A stretch of 51,736 nt of DNA from Candidatus Latescibacterota bacterium (GCA_965204725.1 CBDBFD010000001.1:1-51736); one strand, 5' to 3'. Counted from the stretch's first letter, positions 1-10,820 are shown. The notes: generated from the sequence alone by a model not told the origin. Numbers and translations: made by a program.

Positions 1-3000
1 CAGGGTGATGGTGGGGTCGAGCGAGGTCGGGTCGGTGTCGAGCGTTGTGCCGCTGCCGATGACGGACTGTATCCCGGCCGGTGCTTTGGTCCATGCGCCG
101 CTGCCGACCTTGAACTCGAGCTCATAACGGGCCACCCCCGCTGTGGGTGTCGCCGCCGTCCATGAGAGGGGGAACGATACGAGGCCCGTGTCGCTGGCAA
201 ATGCGACCGTTGCCGTCATCACCGGCGTCGTCAGCTTGACCTGCGGCGGCACGACGAGGTTGACGCCGTTGCTGTCGAGCGAGTTCTGCCGCTGCGTTGG
301 GTCGGTGGTGATGGCGCGTACCGTGGCCCGCTGCGTCAAGGCAGGTAGCCCGGCGGCGGGGCGGGGGAGCCTTACCGTGTAGGTGGTGGCTCCCGTGACA
401 ATCGCCGTTGACCCGCCAATGCCGCCGTTTACGATTTGATAGCTCGCCAAGAGGTTCGCTGGACGCGATGCTCCCCACTCCATGCTAAACTCGATGTATA
501 AGGCCGTCGTGGTAAAGCTGGTGATACGCAGGTTGGTGGGCGTTGTCATGCGCGGGACGGCACTGGCGAGGGTCGTGAAGTTGGCTTGCGCCCATGCGGA
601 GTTGCGGTGCGTCCCGGCGGGCTTGGCGATGGCGATGATCGCAAAGACATAGGTGCTGTCTGCCTCCAGCCCCGTCAGCCTGTTGTTGGTGTTGCCCGGC
701 TGGATGGATATACGCCCCGCATGGGCGGCCTGTAGCTCCTCTTGCGTCGGGGTGCGGGGGCTGGCAGCGGTCCCGGCCCGCAGGAAGAAGTACCGATACT
801 CCTGCACTTGATCGGCGGGGGTAGACTCCACAAAGGAGGTCAGGATGCTGTTGGCCCGTCGCTCCGTGAAGGTGATACCCGAGGGGGCACTCAGCGGCAG
901 CCTGGTGCTCATCGTCACGTTGGCTGTCCCATAGGCGCTGAGGAGGTAGTTGCTGTTGGGCAGGGCGAGGATACGCAGCTCGATGTAATCGTCCGTGGTG
1001 CTGAGCAGCCGCTGGAGGCGAGTGCGGCTGATGTTATAGCGCGTCTGCGTCGCGGAGACGTTGCCGGACACGAGGATCCATTGGCCGCCGTCCACACGCC
1101 CCCATATCGCATACCGATAGACGCCCGCCTGCGGGGTCGAGCGCACCCACTCCATGTTGACGCGCAGGGTGGCTTGGTCCCAGGTGGCGGTCAGGGCGGG
1201 CGTCGAGAGTTGGTTGCCCGTGCCGGTCTCCTCGCCACTCGGCTGGGGGGCGGTCGCGCTGTCGGCGTTGGACGTGCTGCCTGAGTAGCCGCTGTTGGCG
1301 GCGGCTTGAACGCGAAACTCGAAGGTGAGTAGGCTGCTGCCGGTGGCAGCCCGGACGGCTTGCAGGGTATAACTGCCGGAGCGGGTGGCTCCCTTAGCGC
1401 GGGCCTCCAGCCGCTGCCATGAGCCGCCTGCGGCCCGGGCCTCGACGATGTATTCGTCCAGCCCCGCGGTGGGGGTGACGGCTGTATAGCCTACGACGAA
1501 GCGGCTGGTGGTGCTGCTCCATGCGGCCGTCACTGTGGCGCGGCTCAGGGGCGTGACCGCCGTGCCCGTGTCCGTGATCGTCGTGCGAAAGGTCTCCTCG
1601 TCGCTGTCCTGCGAGGTGCGGCGGTTGGCGTCGATAGCGTCGTCGGTCGCCACGGCCCGCACAAACACATCGTAGCGTGCGCCGTTGGTGGCCAGCCCCG
1701 TGAGGGTATAGGCGCGGCTCGTCTTGATCACCCGTATGCCGGTCGAGGGGAACGCCCCGCCGGTGGGTCGATGGAATACACGGTACTCCTTCAGGTCGGC
1801 ATCGGGGTTGGCCGCCGTCCATGCCAGGGCCGCCGTCCCATCGCCGGGCGTCACCGTCACCGTCACCTTAGACAGCGGGACGGCCCCCACCACAGGAACC
1901 TCGCCGGTGGCGAGGGTCTCCGCGGTATAGACGCCGCGCGCGGAGTCGATCCAGCGGACGTTGTTGAGGATGTAGTTGTTCTTGGCGCGGGCGACGATCT
2001 GCACATCATACACATCGTCTGTCCGTAGCCCCCCCACAGTGACAGAGGTCGTGGATGCCGACAGGCTGCGGCGTATAAAGCGGGCGGGGGGCGGCTCCCC
2101 CGACCAGCGGTAGTAAAAGTCGTACCGCTCAATCGCCTCGGAGGGGCTGGGAGTGGACCAGCGGGCGGTAAAGCTGCGGTCGCCCGCCGTGAACTGCACA
2201 CGCCCCAGCGTGATACGCCTATCCGTAGGGGAGGCCGGGGGAGCGGGCGGTCGCGGCGTCTGCGGTCTGTCGGTCTCGGCGGCGGGCTCTCCTACATCGT
2301 TGGTGACGCCGGCGGACCAGACGCTGTTGCGCCAGCCGGGTGCGCCAATCGACCGCGCTTGAAACTCCCAGCGGACGCCCTCGACGGGTGGCGGCTGGAT
2401 AGACAGGTTGCCGCGGGTCGCCTCCACGGAGCGGGTGAGCTCCCACCCGCGGCTTGACTCCGTCTGGTTGTTGCGGTCGAGGATGCGTCCGCGCACCTCC
2501 TTGCGGGCGATTCCGGTGTTGCTTGAGGGGGTGTGGAAGGCGATGGTGATGTCGGACAGCTGGTTGCCGTGCCCCGCGGTGAACACCACGGAGCGGATGG
2601 TCAGGGACGGTGCCCGTGCGCCCGTGGTGCGGGCGATGGTTGTGAAGCTGCCGTACACGAAGTTGCTATCGGTATAGGTTGAGCCGCCGATGGCCCGCAC
2701 CCGCCAGCTATAGGCGCTGCTGCTCTGTAAGCCATTGAGCCACGTGGTGGTGCCGCGCACCGTGCCGGGAAGCTCGGTCCACTCCGCATCCCCCCGCAGT
2801 TGATACTCAACCTTATAGCCGAGGATAGCCCCGGCATGGGTGCCCGTCGGGGCGGTCCAAAAGAGGGTCAGCCCTGAGTAGTTGATCTCGCGCGTCCCCA
2901 GCCCGGTAGGGGGCGGCAGCTGCCCCCCCGCCAGCGCGAAGATAGACGCCGTGCGGAAGTCAGCCCCCGACACGGGGTCGCTGTCTGTGTAGAACTGCGC

Positions 3001-6000
3001 GCCGACGCGCCCGCCGAGGCTGGTGAGTTGCCATTCGTAGTTCGTCTGTGCGTCTAGCCCGGGGATCGTGCCGCGGGTCGCCGTCCGACCAAAGCGTATG
3101 GGGGTCCAGCGGGGGCTACCCCGCTTGCGGTACTCCAGCTTATAGCCCCCCAAGCCCGTCGCCTCGACGCCAATGGGGGCGTTCCATGAGGCGGTCGCTG
3201 CGTTGTAGGTAAAGCTGTTGATGGACAGACCACTGGGGGCCCCCACGATATTGGGGTTGCCGCGTAGCCCGGCGGTGGGGCCGGGCGTGAAGTAGTCCAG
3301 TTCCGTGCGGTCGCTGTCTGTCAGGGCCGCTCCTGCGCGGTTGGTGCTGCCGGGTAGTACCAGTGCCCGGACCTGCCACTCGTAGCGCACGAGGGGACTG
3401 AGGCCGCTCAGTCGATAGCTGAGGTCCGTTGTGTAGCGCACCTGCCATGCCGCCGGGTCTGCCCCCGCCACCTGATAGCGCACCTCGTAGGTGCGTATAG
3501 CGCGGCTGTTGCCGTCCGTGGCGGCAGACCAGCGTACGGTTGCGCCGCCCGCGATAGGGGTGTTGCGCGGCGCGAGGGGGGTGCCGAGCGGTGTCGGCGG
3601 CACGGGCACGGTCGAGGAGGGCGTGATAAAGCGTTGCCAGCCGCTCTCCGTGTCTGAGTAGCGGTCGTTCTTGGCCTCGCTGGTGATCGTCCAGCGATAC
3701 TCTGTGCCCGGGTCGAGGTTGGGTAGGACGCGCAGGCGAGCCGATGGCTCTAGGTCGATCTCGGTGGCGGTCGCAGGGTCAGCGGACTGCTTCCAGTACC
3801 TGATGAGGAAGCCGCCCAAGCCGTCCGCGCCGCTGGTGGCCGCGTTCCATGTCCATGCCAGCGTTGCTGAGCGGCCATCGGCGGCGGGGGTGCCCGTCAG
3901 CCCGGTGGCCACCGGCACGGCTGTAACGGTGACTCCCGTGTCGCAGGCCGCCGACTGGAAGTTGCTGCCACCCCGCCATACCCCATGCGCAAAGAGAAAA
4001 CTGGATATTTGTGTCTCTAATCCTATTGCTTGTAGCTCGCGCCGCTGTTGTGCGAGGGGCTTGGCGAGGGCGCGGATGCGCCACTTGTAGGCGTTGCCAC
4101 ACGTCAGGTTGCGGACGATGGCATGGAGGAACTGTGAAAACGCGCTGACGTTGTAGTCCTTCTCGATGGGCGACCGCCACTGGGTGTCGCTCGTCAGCGC
4201 GACCTGTACCCGCATCTTGCCTGAATAGGCCCGCAGCTCATTGCGGTCGCGCAGGTTGCGGTCGATGGTGGCGGCGAGGCGTGCGCTGGTCTGCTGCCGC
4301 TCGTCGATGCCGCCGGGGTAGGGCGAGGTCAGGACACTGATGCGATCCCGTGGAAGGACACTGACCTGATAGCGGCTGGACCATGGACTGTCCCTGAACG
4401 CCTGCGGCTGGCTCGACTGCGCCTTGACGGCTACCACCCACGAGCCGCCGCTGTTGACCGTACCCTCCCCTAGTAGCTGGTCGAGGCGGACGGACAGGCC
4501 GAGGCTCTCGCCCAAGATGCGGGTAGGGCGCACATCGTCCGGGCTGGCAAACAGGCCAATGAGGTACTTGGTGACGGCCACGGTCGCCGGTGTCCCCAAC
4601 GCCCACGAGAGGGTGATGGTGGTGTCACTCGACTGGTCGCCGGGCGTGTGGGGGTCATCGAGGCTGCCGCGCACCACCGCGGCGGTGAGGCCCGTCGGCG
4701 CGGCCATGGCCTCGCGGCAGACGCCCGTCGTGGTCGCCACGGTCTCCTCGTAGCTGCTATCGTCCCACTGGGAGGCTTCCGTGGCGATGGCCTGCACCTT
4801 GACCTGATAGGGCTGGCAGGGGCTGAGGTCCGACAGGGCCACATGCCGCCGCCCCGCGGTCGGGGTATAGACCCATTGCCAGTCGTCCTCGTCTTGGATG
4901 GTATAGCCCACCCGATACTTCTCAATGAAGCTATAGCCGTCGGCTTGCGTGTCCGCCCCGGTAAAGCGCACAACCATCGAGGTGTCCTCGATCTCGTCCG
5001 CGCGGACGAAGATGCTCTGCGGCGGCGGCACGGCGGCGTCACGGGCCTCGGCGGTGAGGGCCACCCGCGCCTCGTCCGAATAGCTGACGCCCTGCGGGTT
5101 GACGGTCTCGACCTTATAGCGCCAGACATACGGCTCTGTCCTAACCTCCTCCAGCGTGATAGCCCCCTCGACCTGCCGCGTCTGCTGATTGAACGCCAGC
5201 CAGTTGGGGAGATCAGAGACACTGTAGCGGAGCGGGTCTGTGCCGTGATAGGCGGCCTCCGGGAGGGTGATCTCGACGATCCCCACGTCCTCCGTGTATT
5301 CATAGAGGCGATTGGCAAAGGCGGGCCGTCCCACCTCCAGCTCGTCAATGACCTCGACATACTCCCATGCCGTAGCGCGGTGCGGGTCGAGGCTGAACTG
5401 GCGCGTCAACGACCAGATATAGGGTGTTTCGGGCGTCGGCAGCGGCGGGTCATCGGATGCCCCCAGTGGGCGGTAGTCGGCGTTGGTGTTCTCTACAAAG
5501 GTCTGTGCAGGCAGGGCCTCAAGCTGGGTCTTGATCTTGGTGTCGGCGGCGAGGTAGCACGTTTGCTCCTCGATGGGCAAGCCGCGCGGCGTATCCATCG
5601 CCACCGGCTCCAGCGCGGCTTGATTACCCGGGTCGTCCCACACCTGCCACGCCAGCACCCGGCTCTGGTTGGCGATGAGGTTGTACTCGACCTGCCGCAC
5701 TTGGTAGATGTCGTTGGCATCCCCGGCGGCGTGATGCGGCCCCAAGTAGGGCAGGTTGCTGTCGAAGTTGGCGCGAAAGAGTTGTCCCACCTCAACGAAG
5801 CCTTGAAAGGTGGCGCGGATATAGACCTGCTGGCGGCTGAACCGGGCAAGGAACCGGGCCGCCCACGCATCTTGCTGGTCCGCATCAAGGAAGGCGAGGG
5901 CTATCTGGCGGTCTGCCACCTCTTGGCCAATGGCGGGCGTGTCGGCTTCGTAGGTCGTCGTCGCCTGCTCGCCATGCAGCACGAGGCGCGAGCAAGCCGT

Positions 6001-6648
6001 GCCAAACGCATTGGGATCATGCAGCACCTCCCACGCCAGCGGGTTGCGGTAGGTGGCCACGTTGCTTGTGGATGGGGAGCGCGTGAAGGACTTGGCCTGC
6101 ACAGAGCGGACACCGGCATTGTTGATAACCACAAAGCCCATGTCCCAAAAGCTCTCAAAGAGCACATGCGTCAGCGTATCCAGCACGGGGGTAGGCGAGA
6201 TAATGGCCGCGCTCCCCGTTGGCACATCCGTATCCGCGATATAGTCCGCGAACTGATAGGGCACAGCGGACGCGCGCGCGATCTCCTCGGCAAGGTCATT
6301 CAGGTCTTGGCTGTCCGGGTTGGTGAACGTGCTAGCGCGGTTGCGTATATCGCCGTAGAGCTTGACCTCGGTATAGGTGGGTGTGCGCTCAACGAGCTTG
6401 GGCTGAATGCGTCCGTAGAATACATCCTCCCCCGTGATATCGCCCATCGCCATGAGGCATTGCTGGCCGATCCAATCCTCGCTAAAGACGCCCTCAGCAA
6501 ACCGGATGCGCCCGACGGGTAGGACGGCGCGGGTGGGGCGCGTCAGGTTGGTCAGGCGCGTGTCGGCGGTGGCCTGTGTGATCTCGCCGTCTATGGACGA
6601 TAGGCGGTCGGCATCGCTGCCGCGGCCGATGGTGATGATGGCACTCAT
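1..6648 (-). CDS. Giant FN3-rich tail-tip/central fibre protein, partial copy cut at the window edge (full copy 34184-41566)
   Basis: Same sequence as 34919-41566; ATG at 6648 (MSAIITIG). Confidence 0.85.
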   Translation of the reverse strand, partial: MSAIITIGRGSDADRLSSIDGEITQATADTRLTNLTRPTRAVLPVGRIRFAEGVFSEDWIGQQCLMAMGDITGEDVFYGRIQPKLVERTPTYTEVKLYGDIRNRASTFTNPDSQDLNDLAEEIARASAVPYQFADYIADTDVPTGSAAIISPTPVLDTLTHVLFESFWDMGFVVINNAGVRSVQAKSFTRSPSTSNVATYRNPLAWEVLHDPNAFGTACSRLVLHGEQATTTYEADTPAIGQEVADRQIALAFLDADQQDAWAARFLARFSRQQVYIRATFQGFVEVGQLFRANFDSNLPYLGPHHAAGDANDIYQVRQVEYNLIANQSRVLAWQVWDDPGNQAALEPVAMDTPRGLPIEEQTCYLAADTKIKTQLEALPAQTFVENTNADYRPLGASDDPPLPTPETPYIWSLTRQFSLDPHRATAWEYVEVIDELEVGRPAFANRLYEYTEDVGIVEITLPEAAYHGTDPLRYSVSDLPNWLAFNQQTRQVEGAITLEEVRTEPYVWRYKVETVNPQGVSYSDEARVALTAEARDAAVPPPQSIFVRADEIEDTSMVVRFTGADTQADGYSFIEKYRVGYTIQDEDDWQWVYTPTAGRRHVALSDLSPCQPYQVKVQAIATEASQWDDSSYEETVATTTGVCREAMAAPTGLTAAVVRGSLDDPHTPGDQSSDTTITLSWALGTPATVAVTKYLIGLFASPDDVRPTRILGESLGLSVRLDQLLGEGTVNSGGSWVVAVKAQSSQPQAFRDSPWSSRYQVSVLPRDRISVLTSPYPGGIDERQQTSARLAATIDRNLRDRNELRAYSGKMRVQVALTSDTQWRSPIEKDYNVSAFSQFLHAIVRNLTCGNAYKWRIRALAKPLAQQRRELQAIGLETQISSFLFAHGVWRGGSNFQSAACDTGVTVTAVPVATGLTGTPAADGRSATLAWTWNAATSGADGLGGFLIRYWKQSADPATATEIDLEPSARLRVLPNLDPGTEYRWTITSEAKNDRYSDTESGWQRFITPSSTVPVPPTPLGTPLAPRNTPIAGGATVRWSAATDGNSRAIRTYEVRYQVAGADPAAWQVRYTTDLSYRLSGLSPLVRYEWQVRALVLPGSTNRAGAALTDSDRTELDYFTPGPTAGLRGNPNIVGAPSGLSINSFTYNAATASWNAPIGVEATGLGGYKLEYRKRGSPRWTPIRFGRTATRGTIPGLDAQTNYEWQLTSLGGRVGAQFYTDSDPVSGADFRTASIFALAGGQLPPPTGLGTREINYSGLTLFWTAPTGTHAGAILGYKVEYQLRGDAEWTELPGTVRGTTTWLNGLQSSSAYSWRVRAIGGSTYTDSNFVYGSFTTIARTTGARAPSLTIRSVVFTAGHGNQLSDITIAFHTPSSNTGIARKEVRGRILDRNNQTESSRGWELTRSVEATRGNLSIQPPPVEGVRWEFQARSIGAPGWRNSVWSAGVTNDVGEPAAETDRPQTPRPPAPPASPTDRRITLGRVQFTAGDRSFTARWSTPSPSEAIERYDFYYRWSGEPPPARFIRRSLSASTTSVTVGGLRTDDVYDVQIVARAKNNYILNNVRWIDSARGVYTAETLATGEVPVVGAVPLSKVTVTVTPGDGTAALAWTAANPDADLKEYRVFHRPTGGAFPSTGIRVIKTSRAYTLTGLATNGARYDVFVRAVATDDAIDANRRTSQDSDEETFRTTITDTGTAVTPLSRATVTAAWSSTTSRFVVGYTAVTPTAGLDEYIVEARAAGGSWQRLEARAKGATRSGSYTLQAVRAATGSSLLTFEFRVQAAANSGYSGSTSNADSATAPQPSGEETGTGNQLSTPALTATWDQATLRVNMEWVRSTPQAGVYRYAIWGRVDGGQWILVSGNVSATQTRYNISRTRLQRLLSTTDDYIELRILALPNSNYLLSAYGTANVTMSTRLPLSAPSGITFTERRANSILTSFVESTPADQVQEYRYFFLRAGTAASPRTPTQEELQAAHAGRISIQPGNTNNRLTGLEADSTYVFAIIAIAKPAGTHRNSAWAQANFTTLASAVPRMTTPTNLRITSFTTTALYIEFSMEWGASRPANLLASYQIVNGGIGGSTAIVTGATTYTVRLPRPAAGLPALTQRATVRAITTDPTQRQNSLDSNGVNLVVPPQVKLTTPVMTATVAFASDTGLVSFPLSWTAATPTAGVARYELEFKVGSGAWTKAPAGIQSVIGSGTTLDTDPTSLDPTITL

Positions 6649-6661
6649 AAGGCTCTACGCT

Positions 6662-7651
6662 CTACGTGGTATCCTCAATGGGCTGAGACTGGATGTCTGC
6701 TTGGACGATCTCTTGTAGGCGCATCTGCGCGTTATAGTAGATGGTCTGTGGCGAGTAGTCAAAAGAGGCTATGCGGACATAGCGCAGGCTGGCGGGTGTG
6801 CCCATCATTACACCCACGGGGGTTGTATCGCCCGCGGACTCTTGAACCGCAATGAGTTGGTCAAGCTGATCCTCGTCAATGAGGTCCCAAGCGACGTCCA
6901 AGTCGCGGTAGTTGCGCTGCCTCCGATTGTTGGGATAGCGCCCTTGCACACGCGGCGCGGCCGGGTTGCCGTAGCGCGTCTGTGCCCCATCGCGGTAGCG
7001 GCGCGGCCCAATGACCTGTCGCGTACCGTGCATCACCCGCCCAATGTAGAGGATGGAGTTGAGGGGGCTGGCCGGGCGTGTGACTGCGAACTGTAGGATA
7101 AAGCCCCCTGAGCGCGTTTGTCCCGGCCACGTGAACGCATGGTTGCCGCGCCAGATCGTACAGGGAAAGACACGGGGCGCGGTCGAGTGCCTGCGAAAGA
7201 AGCTGAAGGTAGAGGGCCGTAGGGTCACGGTCTCAGGGTCTTTATCGTAACTCGTGGACGATATGGCTGTGCCCAAGTTCTTGACGCCGATGGTGAGCGT
7301 TGGCTTGTCGGCAACGGGGAGCGAGTGCCGCAGCTTGTCGTCGCCATAGCCACTGGGGGCGTCATACTCGGGGCCGATTATAGCAATATCGAAGATGCCG
7401 ATGGTGTCGCCTCGCGGCGCGGTTGTCCCCAGCACATTCATTAGGAAGGTCTTAGACAGATTGCCTGCCGTGTGCGCCAGCGGGCGGCTGATCCACGCCA
7501 CCGCAGGGGAGGGGTTGGCAATGACCCGCGGCTGGTTGGCTCCGTCGGCGGTGTTGTTGCCGACCGCCGTTACGCTGACCACACTGGCGTTGTTATTGCT
7601 CTCGATGGCCTCCCGCCAGTCGGGATCGTCAAGGAACCATAGGTTGGACAT
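6662..7651 (-). CDS. Putative distal tail (Dit-like) / minor tail protein, 329 aa
   Basis: Lies between tape measure and tail-tip genes; GGAG RBS; function inferred from synteny only. Confidence 0.55.
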   Translation of the reverse strand: MSNLWFLDDPDWREAIESNNNASVVSVTAVGNNTADGANQPRVIANPSPAVAWISRPLAHTAGNLSKTFLMNVLGTTAPRGDTIGIFDIAIIGPEYDAPSGYGDDKLRHSLPVADKPTLTIGVKNLGTAISSTSYDKDPETVTLRPSTFSFFRRHSTAPRVFPCTIWRGNHAFTWPGQTRSGGFILQFAVTRPASPLNSILYIGRVMHGTRQVIGPRRYRDGAQTRYGNPAAPRVQGRYPNNRRQRNYRDLDVAWDLIDEDQLDQLIAVQESAGDTTPVGVMMGTPASLRYVRIASFDYSPQTIYYNAQMRLQEIVQADIQSQPIEDTT

Positions 7652-7662
7652 AGCCGTTCTCC

Positions 7663-10092
7663 CTACCCCCCAATGTTAAAGCGGCTGGTATAGGCCAGTT
7701 GCTCAAGCTCGTAGGCTATCTGCTCGGCCATAGACTTAGGATCGTCGTTGCCCTGCACAACCACCTCCACGCGCTCCACATTGACTGTCGGCTTGGACGC
7801 GCCGGGGATGCGGTTACGCGCCTCTTGTTCCTCAAGCTCCTCTGGCGTTGAGCGGCGCGGCTCGGCGGGTGGGCGGAAGGGTGAGCGGTTGGTGCGTAGG
7901 TTCGCGCCACCAAAGAACTCAACCTCCGCTTGGGCGATGCGATTGGTATTGCCGAAGATGCCTTCCAAGAAGTTCGTATTATCGAGGATACCCTGTAACA
8001 GCCGCTGTGTAGCCGCCTGCGCTACGAGGCCCGCCGCCGGCCCAAACGCGCCGCCGACCAAGGCCCCGGCTGCCAGCCCGCCCCCTTGCGCGAGGACGCC
8101 CCGTGCGCCCTCCCCGACGCTCTCAGCGGAGGCTATCTGACCAGCGAGGATGCTGGCGAACTGGAGGCGGGTGGCGTCGCTGGTCAGGGCGTCTAGGCCG
8201 CGCCCGAACCGCCCCTGCCCACCCGCGCCAAAGGTAAAGTCGGCATCGCTAAACAGATCGGCACCCCCCGCGCCGGTGATACCCGGGTTTTGTCCGAAGA
8301 AGGTGAGGGGCAACCCACGCCCAAAGAACGCCTCGCTCACGGGGCCTCGTCGCCGCAGCAAGGGGGACGTGGCCAGCCGCGCACGGGCCAGCACTGCGGG
8401 GATGCTCTCAATAGGCTGATCGGCGGCCTCGCGGTCAAGCTCGCGTAGGCGCATCTCAACCACCCGCGCGGCCCGGTCGGTGATAGTCTGATCAAGCTGT
8501 TGTAACTGCTGCCTAAACTCGCGTAGCTGGAGGTTGTAATCCGTGCCCGTGCCCGTGCCGGGGATCAAGCCCTCGATAGTCGTCAAGGTGGATCGGATCG
8601 CTTCCCGCTGGGCATCCCCCTCAAGCAGGCCAATGCCGCGCACCTGTAAGCCGAGGTCGGATAGAATAGCCTCGCGACGGCGTATCTGCTGGAGCGGCGA
8701 TAGTTGCCCAACAAGCGAGGGGGGGAGCGTCCGTAGCTGCTCAGGCGAGAGCAACCCCTGCTGCGAGAGCGGGAGCGTGAACGGGTCCGCCGGCGCGGGA
8801 GCAACAGGGAAGGCTGGCGCAATGAACCGCACCTGCCGCGCTGCTGCTTGTCGCACTGCACGTAGTTCGGCTGAGCGGCCAGCATCCACAACCGACAGGG
8901 CCGCCTCGTCAATCTCGCCGCCCTCTGGCCGCAGCACCCCAAACGCCGCCTCGCTTGTGCCGCTTATGATACGCTCGCGAGCACGAACCAAGTCTTGACG
9001 GGCGATGTCCGCCTCCGTCAGCCGCGCCCGCCCAATCTCACGGATCAGGTTTACATCACGCTGATACTGCTCGCGCTGGATAAAAAGCTCTCGCTCCTCG
9101 CCCGGTGCGAGGTCGCCAAGTCGGAACCGCTCGCGGGCGCGGGCCTGTAGGGCCTCCGTGCCTCGTGTCGCCTCGGTAAACCCCCCACCCACAAACGCAG
9201 GCTGACGGAACAAGTCAACATAGACGCCGAACTCGCTCTGAACCTCTGTGATAAAACGGAGAGCCTCGCTTGTGTCGCGGGGGAAGACTAAGTAGGCGGC
9301 TTCGGCGGCGTCCGCCACCTCGCTGATGGTGCGCTCTTGCTGGGCCACCGGCGCGAGGTAGAGCAAGCCGATATGGTATAGGTCGGCATCTGAGAAGGTG
9401 GTGTTACGGCTACGGAGAGCTTGGATCAGGCGATTGGACGTGGTGGGACCTACGCCTAGTCGCCGGGCAAGGGCGTTATACTCCTGCCGTGCCGATTGCA
9501 CATCAATGATAGCACCGGGGGTGGGCAGGTTGATGTTGCTAGCGACATAGCCCAGCCCAGCCCCTAACGCTGTGCCAATGGCGGCCCCTATAAGACCAAA
9601 ACCAAGCGACCCCCGTAGCCCGCCAGCCACCGCGCCACGCACAGCCCCAGCCGTGCCCCCCACATCCGCTAGCGTCCCTGTCGTGCCGGGGGCACCCAGC
9701 GGCACCCCTTGCGCCCCGTAGCGCACGTCGGCGCGGGTGGCACTATCCAACTGTTGCCCCAGCCGCTCAATGGCCGTCCGCGCTTGTGATACATCGAGGC
9801 GCACAGAGGCCCGCATAGAGCCTTGTAGCGACCGCCCGACATTATCAATGGCTACGAGGGCGTCTGTGGTGTCCACTTGCAGGCGTCCACCAACACCGCC
9901 CCGGAACTGGCTTTCAATGGAAGTAAGGTCGGCCTTGATCGCCGCCAGCCCTTGCTCGGCATCGCGGGTGTCGGCATCGACGCCGAACTGGGCATCGTCC
10001 AGCCCGGCAAGGGTGCGCTCAAGGTTCGATAGCTTGCCCTGCGCCCGGCTGGTCTGCGCTACTACATCAAGGTTTAGTCTCTCGCGCGGCAT
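7663..10092 (-). CDS. Tape measure protein, 809 aa
   Basis: Follows the chaperone pair; Ala/Gly/Leu-rich helical sequence with hydrophobic GxxxG segments (GLIGAAIGTALGAGLG); C-terminal VNVERVEVVVQG..A.QIA.EL pattern typical of TMPs. Confidence 0.85.
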   Translation of the reverse strand: MPRERLNLDVVAQTSRAQGKLSNLERTLAGLDDAQFGVDADTRDAEQGLAAIKADLTSIESQFRGGVGGRLQVDTTDALVAIDNVGRSLQGSMRASVRLDVSQARTAIERLGQQLDSATRADVRYGAQGVPLGAPGTTGTLADVGGTAGAVRGAVAGGLRGSLGFGLIGAAIGTALGAGLGYVASNINLPTPGAIIDVQSARQEYNALARRLGVGPTTSNRLIQALRSRNTTFSDADLYHIGLLYLAPVAQQERTISEVADAAEAAYLVFPRDTSEALRFITEVQSEFGVYVDLFRQPAFVGGGFTEATRGTEALQARARERFRLGDLAPGEERELFIQREQYQRDVNLIREIGRARLTEADIARQDLVRARERIISGTSEAAFGVLRPEGGEIDEAALSVVDAGRSAELRAVRQAAARQVRFIAPAFPVAPAPADPFTLPLSQQGLLSPEQLRTLPPSLVGQLSPLQQIRRREAILSDLGLQVRGIGLLEGDAQREAIRSTLTTIEGLIPGTGTGTDYNLQLREFRQQLQQLDQTITDRAARVVEMRLRELDREAADQPIESIPAVLARARLATSPLLRRRGPVSEAFFGRGLPLTFFGQNPGITGAGGADLFSDADFTFGAGGQGRFGRGLDALTSDATRLQFASILAGQIASAESVGEGARGVLAQGGGLAAGALVGGAFGPAAGLVAQAATQRLLQGILDNTNFLEGIFGNTNRIAQAEVEFFGGANLRTNRSPFRPPAEPRRSTPEELEEQEARNRIPGASKPTVNVERVEVVVQGNDDPKSMAEQIAYELEQLAYTSRFNIGG

Positions 10093-10414
10093 CGCGTCGT
10101 TCCTTGCTGGCCTCGAAGTGGGCGGTGGCGATCACATCAAAAGCACGGGCATACTTGGCCTCGACCTCCATCGGGTCGATAGCCGGGTGCAACAGGTATG
10201 CTCCGTCGCTGCTGACGGTGTGGTAGGTCTTGAACTGGCTCAAGGCTGAGAGTGTGAACGGCGTTGCGCGGTCGCAGTGATAAAGCTGGTCACGCTCCCG
10301 CGGCGTAAAGGACGCTCGCTGCGGATGCCGACAAGCCTTCACAAACACGCAGTCGCGGCAGTGTTCACACCGCTGGCCGTCGAGCGTGTGCTGGACGGCC
10401 TCCCTTAGTTTTTT
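10067..10414 (-). CDS. Tail assembly chaperone, -1 frameshift extension (GT-like)
   Basis: The -1 frame from A-AAA-AAC is open (KLREAVQHTLDGQRCEHCRDCVFVKAC...) and in frame with ORF 10067-10348. Confidence 0.75.
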   Translation of the reverse strand, partial: KKLREAVQHTLDGQRCEHCRDCVFVKACRHPQRASFTPRERDQLYHCDRATPFTLSALSQFKTYHTVSSDGAYLLHPAIDPMEVEAKYARAFDVIATAHFEASKERRDAARETKP

Positions 10415-10809
10415 GACTCATCCTCCGTCAGGACGGACGTGTCATTGACCGCGGCAAAGACCTCATTGCACCAAAGGGGCGTCCCATCGCTGGCGTGATA
10501 GACATTATCCAGCCACGCGGTCATCGCATCGGCCCCCTCCTCGATGCCCTTAAACCCGCGATAGTTGCGCGTCCCCAGCAAGAGGTGAATGAGCACTGTG
10601 GCCACCATGTCATTCAGCCCCGTCAACGCCTCTTTGGTCTCGTCGTCCTCCACGTGATCTTGAATGAACTCCTCTTGACGCTGGGGCGTCCGCTGGAGCA
10701 CCAGCAGGTCGCGCGTCTTGAGATACTTGACGTCCACCTTCGCGCCCTTGAACGGCTCGCCGGTCAGGGTGAGGGTGCGATAGTCCCCCTTAGTCTTCGT
10801 CGTCATCAA
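10405..10809 (-). CDS. Tail assembly chaperone (G-like), ~134 aa
   Basis: Between tail tube and TMP; ends ESKN at the slippery site. Confidence 0.8.
   Translation of the reverse strand: MMTTKTKGDYRTLTLTGEPFKGAKVDVKYLKTRDLLVLQRTPQRQEEFIQDHVEDDETKEALTGLNDMVATVLIHLLLGTRNYRGFKGIEEGADAMTAWLDNVYHASDGTPLWCNEVFAAVNDTSVLTEDESKN
10408..10414 (-). other. Programmed -1 ribosomal frameshift site (A AAA AAC)
   Basis: Minus strand reads TCA AAA AAC TAA: an X-XXY-YYZ heptamer just before the chaperone stop codon, at the canonical position before the TMP gene. Confidence 0.8.
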
Positions 10810-10820
10810 CAGTCTCCGGT

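Noticed and set aside
4470-5360. 296-aa minus-strand alternative-frame ORF
   Set aside because: Arg/Pro/Ser-rich off-frame translation inside the tail-tip CDS.
4648-6522. 624-aa plus-strand ORF (and its copy at 39566-41440)
   Set aside because: Antisense shadow of the giant tail gene in GC-rich DNA; no recognisable motifs.
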